From Diadema antillarum (lineage: Eukaryota), in NCBI RefSeq assembly GCF_040938485.1, contig NW_027271875.1:124001-188000 (forward strand): DNA of 64,000 nucleotides, given 5' to 3'. Below, piece after piece: positions 1 to 12,289 of the stretch. The stretch's first letter is position 1. Every line of letters starts with the position of its first letter. Below the pieces are notes generated by a model, which saw only the letters and a program-made list of their open reading frames with translations, was not told the DNA's origin and made no database searches. Position numbers and translations under genes: made by a program.

Positions 1-1512
1 ATACAAATATACTTTGCCTTGAGAGTTTCTTGTTAAAACTATGGGTAGAGGTGACTCCAAAAGAACTATTCACTGAGGGGTGCAGCCCCGAAGTAAATAG
101 TTCTTTTGGAATTGTTGCTATTGTTGCTGTTGTTGTTGTTGTCGTCGTGGTGGTTGTTTTCTATGTTACTCAATGCTAGGTCAGAAAAACCCAAGACAAG
201 TATCCACACAGCCCTAAGTTTTCCATGGATGACAGTTGTAAAGACTAGCACAGCACAGCTTCTCCCAAATAGTTTAAACGGTTAATGTATCCAGCTGGCA
301 TGCAAATTACATGTTTGAATGAACTTTGCTACCTTTTGGTCCAACATTGTTCATGACAATCAGCACTTTTCTTTATATGGCTAATGTACTGTACTTCTTT
401 GATAACCCTCACACCAATGTGATCTCAACAGGAAGCAAGAATTGAATCATGTAGGGTATCATGCTTGAAAGGGGCGCTGGCCTCTCCCAAAGAAAGAATG
501 AAATGGTACAAAGCGCTCTGATGCATGACCTTTGTCATTAACCTTTGATATGCTGATGGAACTGCCCATCTAACACCCAGATGGTCGCTTATCAGACCAT
601 GCCTGGCTTATTTTGAAGGTAAAGATAAGTAACTGTTTTAATCACTGGCATTAAAATTCTTATCATTGTTAAGGTGTCAAAGTTAGAGAGAGAGAAAGGT
701 GCCTGTACAGTGCAAGGGTTTTGATTCTTGCATACAATGCATTTGACCAACTTTTAAAATACAGGAGGTGCTCAAGCAATTATAGAGTACCGGTTGCGTT
801 AATCATGATTGCAAGTAAACATGACTCTGGTATCACGAGGGTCAAAGGTTAAAAGGTCATCTCTCATAATCAAAGACAAAGCCTATCCACCCACTGTAAT
901 AAGAGTGAAACATTTTGTTTAAAGGGCATCACTGACCATGAAAGGCAAGATGCATCCAACATCTTTAACCCAAACATGAAAGTGTCTCAAAGTTCTATAA
1001 AGGTATGCCACATGAACGTCCTGCCAGTTGGCATAATATGGTTGATAAGTGTGTCAAGGGCTTACATCCTTTTCCATAGTAGATAGAAGTCTGCTCCGTA
1101 TCAAATACCGATCATGTCTTACAAGGAATACACCGTCAAACACACACAAAAACACTATCTGATCACTTCATCACATTGATGGATAAATAATGAAAATATC
1201 ATCCTAGTTTTTAAGGAAAATTCTAGAATGTTCTCAAGTTTATTTGCGCCAAACATCCACTATCCCATGCCCCCCCCCCCCCAGCTAACAATGAAGACTT
1301 CCAAGCTGTAGGCCATTAGCAGCTATAAGGTGATGATTTTATTAACACGTAAATATAAGCACCAATCTGCACATGCACAAAAACATCACATCTTCCTGCG
1401 ATAGCGGATACTGACAAAAAACAAACTGAAAGAAAGTTGAATCCCTAGTTTAGTACACCTTGCAAGTTTTCTCAATGTCCTTGCCCTCTTGAACTCTTAA
1501 AAGCACATTTAA

Positions 1513-1908
1513 AGGGATTGCACAGTTTAGATTTAGATTGGGCTGCAGGTTTTCAATTTTTTTCTGTGCATTTGTGAGATAATAAGAAACCTTCTATGAA
1601 AAATGAAAGAACATGAAATTATCAGAAGAATTCACAGTTTGTTTGATGAAAATTGTGTAGCATCTTGAAATGGCTGAGACATCACAAAAGTGATCCCAAT
1701 AAAATGCAACAGGCCATGACTTTTATTAGGATCTTTTTGTTTTACCTTGTTTCGGATATATCAGTTATTTCAAAACTGATTTTCATCAAATAAACTCTCA
1801 GTTCCCCCTAGAATAGTATGCTCTTTAACATTTCACAGAGTGGTTACTAAATTTCTTGCCAAATGTTAAAAGCTGAATCCTCACCTCAACCAATACTATA
1901 CCATCCCT
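1513..1908. mobile_element. Kolobok-like non-autonomous DNA transposon (MITE)
   Basis: TTAA|AGGGATTGCACAGT ... ACTATACCATCCCT|TTAA. Imperfect TIRs, RR..YY ends and a TTAA TSD. The interior is similar to 23945-24312 and 57862-58244. Confidence 0.7.
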
Positions 1909-4900
1909 TTAATTTCATGCTCCCACTCATTATGCATACCAGACAACTCCACTCCTAATGCTCTTTTCCCCCCTTAAGCCCGATGAGGATTTTGCACTTC
2001 TAAGCAAGAGGCACTTAACAAGATAAATACAGTTTGCCCTTTCAAGGACGTTTCCTATAATTAGCACACACTTACACAATCATCCCTGTCCTAAGGTATT
2101 TCCTTTTTTAACTTTTTACTTTCATGTTGTTGGTTTCTTTTTTGAGTGACCATCTCACATTCTAATAACAAGGTCTGTGCTATATTGGGCACGGAATGTA
2201 CTGACCCCTCAAATCCAGCATGGCATCAAGATTTTCTTGAATCTAGCTTCTAAGCTTCCATTTCTCCTGTCTATTTTTTTTTTCTTTCTCTCAGTCACTT
2301 GCTCTCCTTTTTTTCTCTCCTTGTCTATGTCTTTCTGTTACTCTCCTTCTCTCTTTCTTTCCTTCTCTTCCTCTTCTTCTCTCTCATTCCTTCTGTTCCT
2401 CTGCTCCCTCGGTTCTCCTTTTTTTCCCCTCTTTCTGCTCTTTCTTTTCATTCTGCAAGAGATCTACTTCATTACTTGCATTCAATCATGTTCCACATCA
2501 TGAACTGAGCTGCAGTCAGATAACAGCGCTAATAAATACTTAACTGCAATTTACAGGCAGATAATATTGGCTAAGAAACAGAAGGGCATTATCACAATTT
2601 TTTTTCTTTTCTTTCTTTTTTTTTTTGGGGGGGGGGGAGTTATTCAATCATTGTTATCACATTTTTGTGCTCAATCTCCTCTGCATTATGGCGTCAATTT
2701 TAGATTATCGTCACTTTTAGTAAAATGTCAAATATTAAGAACACAAGGCCACTATTTTACCGGTTATTTGGAACAGTGTTTATAAATCTACCCATTTTTT
2801 GTTTAAATAAGCTTTTTGTATAAAAAGTAAATGTGTAAATTGATTTTTTCATTTTTATTTGTGCTCAAATCTTAGAATGCAATAGCACCCTTCTAGTTCT
2901 CAGCTGATGATCTATAGTACTTCAAACATTTTCTTCATTGGACATGGGGTTAATGAATATTTGAGTTGTACAATGCGGGCAAAATCAATCATTGCTGCTT
3001 CAAAGATTTGTCCTTGCATATAAATCATGAAGTAAAGTCTTGTTGTGGCCAATGAAGAAGGATACAGTGCACCAGTGGTGTCTTTTACATATCTTACAGT
3101 GTTCAAGAGACTGTCCCATATGTTAGTAGTTTCATATCTGCATTAGATCAATGCCTGAATTCTGCCATTTCTACACACTCTTAGCCTACTAACAAGACTA
3201 ACAAATCTAGTATTTGAAGATTCAAACACTCCAGTTTAGTCATGAGACTACACATTGAGCAAAGCTACATAGATAATGTAATGGTCAAGGCCAAGTTTAC
3301 ATTTGGACCGAAGAATACGTTCCAGCATTTCTAACCTGTACCATTGGCAAGACATCAAACTAGATACAAGACAAAAGTTAAACATGATAGCTCACTTGTA
3401 GACTTCCACAGAGGGTAAATTACAGCAAGCAAACAAAGTTTGTTCCACTTTTTTCCCCCAACTGAAATGTCAAGAATAGTACCGGTAGTTAAATAAGTTC
3501 TTTCAGCTATCTGGAATTACAAAATAACTTCTTTGTAAACATAGTTTGAACCATATTCAATGCTTGTGAGTTTAGTTTGTACGTCTGGAAGCAAACTAAA
3601 TTCACATTAATTAATAACACATTTCTGAACATCACTCAACTCTGAAAAGTTTTGAATAGGATGTAGGAAACATGATTAAAAATTTCCTCATTGTTCATTG
3701 TAAGTATCAGACCCTAAAACTCATGAAAAAAAAGTTCACTCATTCCCAATGTTAGATTGTATTTCAAAAGATACGAGAGAAGCACAATATTTGAAGATTA
3801 TAATGGGGTGAAAATATTTGCTACCCCTAAACTCCTCTTCATCCAAAATATGATCACATCAAACTAACACATGCTACCCATGTTCTCAACCTCTCCCCTA
3901 TAATCAAACTCCAACCTGACGGAATATGAACATCAGGTACCATGAGTATTCCGACGAGGCAAGGCAGGAGTTCGTCAGGTTTTTCAGCGATAACAATTTC
4001 GCGGGCAATTTGAGTCGGCCCAACACCATTCCTGCCCAGATTCCGTCATTAATTATGGAAGTGGCCAAGACATGAAAAGAAGACTACATCCAGTGGGATT
4101 TTTTTTTTTTCAATGTACTGTGTCTCCAGGGAGAAGTCTTCACAGGGTGGAGTGCCGAAATCATATTGATGGCGGATGTCATGGAATACGACATCACTGG
4201 CTAAAACACTGTGAGAGAATATGGGCAGTACAGTTCAAGGTTTGGAGAGAGATATGCTTTGGAAGTTTCATTATAAATTTACATAAAGGTATTGGTATTT
4301 ATGCATATATGTATATGATTATTTATATACATCTCGATGACCCACTTCATTAAAGTGATTATGTTGACTGTTTGTCTCATTTATATTCCATGAAAATTGT
4401 CATTTTCATTTCCATCGTAGTGCTCAGCCTTGTTCAATCCTGCCAGCCCTTTCTTGTCAAGTGGTCAGACAACTCAGAAGCATCTTCGTATCTATTTTTT
4501 GGGGAGGCACTGCAATCTGCATAGTCTGTTCAGATGCTAACCCACAGTTAAGAGTCAAAATTCAAAGACAGAATCAGCCATTGTGCCTATGATTTTTTTT
4601 CTTTTCTTTTCTTTCTGCCAATCTTAAGGTATTTCTTCTTCCATAAAACACTTTTTTTTCTTAGTGCAATGTACATACACATGAATATGTATACATTGTA
4701 TGAAAAGTATAAATGTAAAAAAAACACTCAAAAAGTTTTCTTAAAGAAGGTCATCATCAAATGGAGAAAATCACATCTTTTCAACAATACTGCACTTGTT
4801 ACATACCAAGAAGTTATTATTAGCGTTATCACTTTTATATTGAATTACTTTCTTTTTATCTTAGCAGCTTCAATCTCAAAAGTCTCAAGTTGATAAAAAA

Positions 4901-7900
4901 TGGATCAGTTTCTGCATTAAAGCTCTTCCTATGAATATAAATATTTGTTGATGTAAGAAATGAATTTCTATATCTACACTTTTGTTGTTGTTGTTGTTCT
5001 TGTCATTACGACACTTTGGCGCCCTCTATGGAGTTACTTCCTGGAAGATCCATTAAGAGGCAACTTTTCCTGCCTCTTTGTCTAAATTGACATCCTGTAT
5101 ATATCCTGGAGGGTTTGCCCAAGATTTGTTGGGTCTGATCTCCAGTGATTACATCGGCGACCATCTTTTTTTTATCTTTTTTTTTTTTTTTTTACTTCTC
5201 CATCACATCAGGAGAAGTCTGTCTTAGTTATATAAGTCCTTTGCTATCAATTGTTATCTTTCTGTTTGTCTTTTTTCACCTTTGATTTCATTTTATTGTT
5301 AGTATCGTTTGTCGTTTACTCAGAAAAATACAGGAAAGTCACATGCATTCATGAGATGGCTGGATGCTAGGGACTTAAAATCAAAGACCTGGAGTAGATT
5401 GGACAGAGCCTGATGTATACAGCATGAAAAGTACGCAGATTTAATTGAAGATGCTCTCAAGGATACAAGAAGAGGCTTGGCAATAGAAGAATTATCTTCT
5501 TTTATATCTCTCTACCTCATTATGCAGAAGAATGGTAAATGACTGGTAATCTTGACTCCATCTATCATACATTTCAGGTGGCTTGAGCCAGTACTCAAGG
5601 CAAAAACTTCAAATTTCTATCTCAAATACAAATATCCCATGCAAAATGCAAAATTTATAGATAAATAAATCGGGGGGGGGGGGGGGGGGGGGGGCAATGA
5701 ATGTTAGCTGGATGGTTGAACACTATAATTTACCGGGATGAAAGGTGACATGTGTGCAGTACATAATGTGACTTCATTCCAAAGCCCTCTTTTTTGCTTT
5801 TCACCCAATCACCGAAACTGAAACACACTTTATGACAAAAAGATAAGTAGCGCCTGTTTGCTAAATTATTTCGAAGCATTGGCCTAATTTGATTGCTCAC
5901 TGCGGTTTTCCATTCTGGGAGATTTGTACGAGGGATGGCAAACACTCTTGTCTTCTCAGCGTGACTCTGTGATCGGCAAGACATGCTGCCCGTTTCCAAT
6001 CCTAAATAATCCTCCCTATAATTAACAACTCATATCTACAACTTTTTCCCTCTTTCTGTCCGTCTGTCTCACTTTGTCTGTCTGTATCTCTCTTTCGGTC
6101 CCCCGCCCTTCCCTCTCTTTCTCGACGTACGTCCGCAGGAATGGCTGTGGGATAGCAATCAGGTCATTAGCCATAATCTGTATCATTACAAGACCTCGCA
6201 ATCAATTACTTCTCATCCCAGAAGGGGTAATATCCTCAATCCGGCCAGGCTCGGTGGCTGTATGAGAAGAGGTCAGGTGCCTTGGAGAAAGGAAAACGAA
6301 GCTGTTCTTGCGAAGTTAAAGTAGTCTTGTAAACAAGCTCTCCTACAACGGGAGGAAAATGGTGAGAGCTCTTTTTCTTTCTGTTTTCATATTTTTGTTG
6401 AGAAGATATATATTTGTTAGCATGTGTTTTTTGTTTTATTCCTGCGTGATCCATTTGCTGCACAATCATCTAAGCTTTTAACAGTTCTTTACTGTTTTCA
6501 GCAGCTAAACTTTTCAAAGAAATTTATGACTGACTCTATAAAATGTAATCTAAGAAAAAAAAAATGGAAACAGCCACACAAAATGTTAGAAAGGAAAAGA
6601 AATTGTAATGTATACATTTGCATTCGTCTATATGTATTACAGATCGGCAACTGATAAACAAAAATGAACAGATTTATTGCTTCATCTTTTAAACATGTTT
6701 ATCTATTCGTTTATTTCACATCTGACAAAGTATGATCACAGCTGGACCGAGGATAATATTCAAAAGGGGTATTTGCTGGGCAAATTCTACCTTGCATCTT
6801 TTCTTGGAGCATGAGACAGGGAAATGGGAGATTGATATGTGATCCTATATTCACACAGGAATGCAAAAGTATTCATGATGGTCAGATTGGTTACATGGTC
6901 AGCATCAATCGGTGGAAAATTAAGCTCCCTTTTTACTGCCTGTGAAATCTTAGTGGTGCTTACGCAGAGTTGTGCAAACAATTCAATTTCTACAAAGTTT
7001 TCAAAAGAAGATGGCACTGTCACTCACACAGTGTCATAACTGACTGCTAGACCACACACAAAGTCTGCATTGTATTTTGTCCTCATTTGATTTGTGCTCT
7101 TTTGACAAACAGAAGTGTTTCATGCTGGTTAATTACTCCCCGTCACATAAGTAGTTTTGCTGACAGATATCCATTGAGACCTTACAGCCTGATCAACAGA
7201 TTTTTGATAACATACCTCAAATCTTGATTAGATTTTCTGTCGATTAGCTTGTATCATGAAAAAAAAATATATAACAGAATTGGTTAGAACAGCAGACTAT
7301 CAAGGTCTACACATGGTAACACAAATATATTTGAATGATTATGAATTCATCTACAAGTGTGACTTGTTTTTGATTAATTGTGATGATCTAGTCCTTTAAA
7401 TCTATGGATATTTTGTCAAGAAAGATGTTCAAGTCAACCCTGATCCATTTATTCACTTGCCAAGTACTATCCATGTTTCTGTTGTTGTTGTTGTTGTTTT
7501 GTTGTTGTTCTTTTTACCACTATGGAAACTTAAAACACAGTGCCTGTAGCTTCAGTAGTTGCTACAATATCAAAATGAAAGGAACTCAAATGAAATGTGC
7601 GATGATTTTGACCTTTCATCCACAGTGACTTGAAAAGACGCCTTGAGCAGTAGAAGGATTGCAACCCCACATGCCTAGAAGCCATCGACAAATGAGGACT
7701 TACGGACAACAAAAAGAACAGAACCTGCTACAGAAGATTACTGTCCTCTTTAGTTGAACAGCAGTTAGAAATCTACTTTAGCAGCAGTCTTGCGAGGAAG
7801 AGACTTAATGAGTGAATCCTGGCTTTTCTACTTTACTAACATTCTGCTTAAGTAAGAGTATCATGAACCCAGAACAGAAAGAAGGGATTGCTATCTCGTA

Positions 7901-8606
7901 CGTATCGGCAGAAGCCTTTCGCTGAGAGGTGGGCCCCCTCCATTAAGACAGTAGAGGTGACATTACTGCACAGCCATGAGCGCGTGCGATGAAATGGATG
8001 AGGTGCCCATAATGGCGTTATAATTCTGGGCTGATTGTGGGAGGGAGAGGCAGCGCAGGCAGGTTTTTGCGTCAAAGAGCCGCGGAAACACGACTCCCTC
8101 ATTCATTTTCAGCGGTGTCGGTGGCTGCTGGAGTGGAGCTCTCGCGTTCGATGCATCACACAAGGACTAGATGGCGGATAGGGTTTCTTTTCCTTTCCTT
8201 CTAAATGACAAGGCGATACACTGTGTATGCATACTGAGATGACCCACATGACACATTCCCAATTGAAGGGAAATGCTCATACCACTTTAAACATGTATGG
8301 AATTTGAAACGACATGTAGAATGTGGTCATAATACACTGCTTGAAAAATCAATGTTCGCTTGCACCGCACAAACAGCATCATATCATCAAGCAAACAATT
8401 TGGATTCACATAACGACACAAAACTGTACAATTTTTGTCCTCGGTCACCAGTCGCACAATCGTAATACACAAACATGACACCAGAATATTAGAGTACACA
8501 TTGAAAGCATAGGAAGAGATCATGTGATAAAAACAAAACAAAACAGATCTACCTGTATGAAAAGTGTGGTATCTAAAATTTGTAGAAGGGGGGTGTGCAA
8601 ACTCAC

Positions 8607-9116
8607 CACTATTCCAGCCCAGTAAGGCGCATCCCTAGTCTTAAGAGAGGGTGTCATGAGCAGCATGGTTATTCCAAAAACAATGACGGTCACACCTAGC
8701 AGCACCTGTAATGTGATGAGACACACGGGGAGGGTGCAGCACTGAATATTGTACTTCTGCCGTGTCGTAAACGTCTTGCGCACCGGCTCACTGCGCGGCA
8801 GGTGCACCTCCGTATGCAGCTCGTCAGCCGAATGCGAGGTCAGCACCGGCCGCGTCGAGTTGGCCGGGGTCGTGTCCGCCGTCGTGCAGTGCAGCTCCGG
8901 CGAGCTGGAGCTGCGGGAGCTGCGCGACATTCGCAGCAACGACAGCGCCGCGGTCGTCGTCGACTGCGAGCTGTTCGTTGTGTTTGTCTCGTCCCCACAA
9001 TCCGGCATCTTGGTTCTCACCATCGGGAACTCCCGCTCTTTTTTATTTCCCGGGGTGTACCGCTCACTCACGTGTTTTCCTGCGCGAAAATTTGAAGTCA
9101 TGGTAGAGCTCGGCAT
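8607..9116 (-). CDS. SSPN: Sarcospan-like (CD20/MS4A superfamily) protein, first coding exon (170 codons); downstream exons not resolved
   Basis: ATG at 9116 (gccATG) follows an in-frame upstream TAG. The open frame encodes a Ser/Thr-rich N-terminus, then CCTLPVCLITLQVLLGVTVIVFGITMLLMTPSLKTRDAPYWAGIV. This matches vertebrate sarcospan TM1-loop-TM2 as I recall it (C.FPLLLALLQLALGIAVTVVGFLMASISSSLLVRDTPFWAGII). The exon ends at a perfect phase-0 donor GTG|gtgagt (8606-8601). The likely acceptor is ttttgtcttccatacag| at 9212, so the exon is 9211-8607. Confidence 0.8.
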
Positions 9117-9462
9117 GGCGGACCTCCATGGTCTCGACACCGCAGGCAGAAAGTACCCCTCACGCTCACTCCTTGGCTAATCCATAGGTTAAGTTCACTC
9201 CTCATAGAATCCTGTATGGAAGACAAAATGAAGTAAGCAGAATGAGCCTCCTCATCACTCCACTTTATATACAATTCTTTAATTTCCAGAGCAAAAACGT
9301 AATCCTCCCATCGTCAATATGATGCACGTAGATTTAGGATCGGCATCCTGTTTAACTCACCAATCCAGTCCTATACACTGTATTTCTGGTTTGGTGCTGT
9401 ATCTTTTGGGTAGTTTGTAGTACTCATTATTATCATATTACAAGATCAAGCAAATACATTAC

Positions 9463-9678
9463 CTCTTCATTTGATTGAGCCCTTTATGGATGAAATGCAA
9501 TATATACTGGTCGCAGAATTGCAAAAACCTCTTAATTGCTCTATCAATGACTGATTCTGAAATTGGCAACATGAGTTTAACTGTCTCTCTCTCCAAATGT
9601 AAAATTCTAGTAAATTTCTGTCTGATTTTGTACAGATTGTCCACTCCAAGATATGCAATGAAATTCAGAGTTGCCAAT
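9463..9678 (-). other. Candidate coding exon (216 nt, phase 2-2) of unknown identity upstream of the sarcospan exon
   Basis: Acceptor atcgtcttgccatctccag| and donor AAGAG|gtaatg. Open frame xLATLNFIAYLGVDNLYKIRQKFTRILHLERETVKLMLPISESVIDRAIKRFLQFCDQYILHFIHKGLNQMK(R). Length is divisible by 3 and the pattern is amphipathic-helical. Confidence 0.35.
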
Positions 9679-12289
9679 CTGGAGATGGCAAGACGATAAC
9701 TTCTTCAGCAACGTTTCCTCGGGCCCTGACTGGTTAATAATTACGCACATGAATCAACACCTAACAGTAACCACATCCACATGAGTTTGGCTGGCTGGCT
9801 CATACTGTGCATCTGTCCTAGCGCTGCATTCCATTGACTACGAACCTGTTATTGCATGCTTATCGGTATGCACACATGATACTGGCATCATCATATCAAC
9901 TATCAAAACATCGTCTGCGCGCTAACTTGCTGAGCTGTATGCGTAGGCCTAATATGATGTGGTATGGATGAACTTTTACATGCAAATACAAATTAAATCA
10001 TCTTGACTCAAAGAGTAAGCATTCGAGTTGCTAGTCTTACAGTCTTTACTTAACATATTTGATGGCCAATTCTTTATTCCTTAAAACAGTGCTACATGCT
10101 TCTACAAAAAGAGCCATATTATTTTCTACCAGTTGATAGGGCATCTAAAATGAAACCTATCAACTGTGTGATTTCATTTGCAGCACAGTGGCATTAAGGA
10201 AATGCCATGGAGAAAAAAAAAAACACATCTTCCCTGCACAAAAACACACACACACACAACAGAAAATAACGCAAATTTATCATCAACAAACATTGTTTTT
10301 CACCGCCCTCGCCAAAAAAAATATAAAAAAAAGATAGGAGAAACAATCTATGATAACAATGCAACTCCAGCCAAAGCATTGCCTGGTGTCTGTCATAAAT
10401 AGCACTGTTGGACTAAAATGCATTACTACCCTACTTACATACATACATCTTGCCCTCATTGCTCAACCTTGTTCTTTTTTCCTGTACATGGAGTTCTTGC
10501 TAGGAGAAAACACAATTTGAGATTGACTACAAATCGTCGGCTAAGAATGATAAGGGCGTTAAGTTGCCACTAAACCCATAGTGTTCACGACCACTTAACG
10601 CCCTTCTCATTCTCAACAGATGAAATGATCATTCCAATATTACGTGTCTATCTGCATCCCTGCCGGTCCTTTTCAGTTAACACACCTGAAAAGCAATCGG
10701 GAGGGATACAATGAACAAACTTCCACGTTTGCTCAGGTCACATTTGATCACCTCGATGGCATAAATGGGTGGGACCTTGCATGGGACACCAGACCGTAAC
10801 GGAGGGCTTTATATCTTCTACCTTCTTTTCCTCGAGAGTTGCAGGGTTAACGTAACATGATGGGGGTGGTATGACATTTGCAGTCGTCCAAAGGCAATAT
10901 GTCGCTCCAATTCCACATCTATCCCACTGCAAGCTCCCGCAAAATGTCGAAGGTACAGAAATCCAATAATGCCATCCAGGCAATAAAAGAAAAAAAATAT
11001 ATATATATATCACATACATCACCAATATAATGATTGAGCAGGGAAAGGAGAGCAGGGAGAGATATGGAGTTTGAAGAGAAAGACGAACACAAAACAGAAG
11101 AGAGCAGAGAATGTTATTCTCCTCCCACTGTTCGAGTATTTCTCTGTAATCACTTCCGCTCCCACATTCTCCTCTTAATATCACACAGCATATTACACAT
11201 CCTCCGGCAAAAAAACAACAACAACAAAACACAGGCACGCACACACAACAACAACAACGATAACAACTAATCTTACTCTGGATTTCTTTTTTTCATGTGC
11301 CATTCCTCCGGCAGCAATGCTTCATCCTTGCAGAAAATATTCAGGAAAATGAATATTCAAGAAAATTTCATGCTGGAAAACAAGACCAAACAAAATTGAT
11401 CAGAATAAAAAAAAAAAAGACAGCAGTGAGATAGAGCGGGAGATCAAATGCAATACAGAATATTTCACATCTACAACTCATCTACTATGGAATGTATGAA
11501 ACTTACAAGGGCTTGACAGCATCAAGTCTATTGATTTGACTCTGTTCCTACACAACAAAATTTCAACATCTCATCCATATTGGTAAAGCATCCTCATCCC
11601 ACTCCCAAGTTACAACTGAAGGTTTATGATGCCACAATGAATTCATCACCTGTTTTAACTCTCATGGAAGGAGTTTCTGAGTTCAAGTCTCTTTCCTCCG
11701 TTATCCTAAAAAATCACACGAAGTGCAGAAGAATGACATCATAAAACATCTCCATCAATCCATGTCACAGAGACAGTAATTTGCCTGCTCCGGCCGGCCA
11801 GCAATTCATCTACAATCGGCTTCAAAGATGCATATTAAATCCTCTTTAAATTCCACACGTTAAGGTCCTGACGCTTCACAGTGTTGATGGCTGATGTTTA
11901 TCGGGACAGCGGGAGAGAAGATTTTGAATACATCCTTCTGGCGGTCACAAATGGTAATGTCTTCACGGGCGCAGAGAAAAAGACGGAAAAATCCACAGGT
12001 CCAGCAGGAGGAGTAGATGGCAGGGCCCCGGGAGGCAGATACTTTAAGAGGAGGAGCACCGCCGCTGAATCCAGAATTACTCCTCTCCCCGCATCCTTGG
12101 GAAGATGACCAAAAAATAAGATGAGTGCTTCTGTGTGCAGATGAGGGTGAGCTTAAGCCCCCCGTCAACGAGTCCTCAAATTGAGTTTAACACGGAATCA
12201 ATCAGTGGGCTGCTCGCACCCACGACGAGGAGCTGTGCCCCGGGGGCAAAAGAAATAGGAATATTGGTGGGAGATGGGGTGTTGGGCAT

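Noticed and set aside
6791-6989. Open minus-strand segment (EIELFAQLCVSTTKISQAVKRELNFPPIDADH..) as a possible sarcospan exon
   Set aside because: Phase 1-2 is incompatible with the phase-0 donor at 8607, the donor (gtagaa) is weak, and it lacks sarcospan TM/Cys features.
8749-9180. Plus-strand ORFs of 143 aa and 97 aa overlapping the sarcospan exon
   Set aside because: These are antisense shadows of a GC-rich coding exon, with no independent splice or homology support.
10738-11244. 168-aa minus ORF rich in Cys and Trp
   Set aside because: It begins in (GTT)n/(AT)n low-complexity sequence from a non-ATG start, with no family motif and no supporting splice sites.
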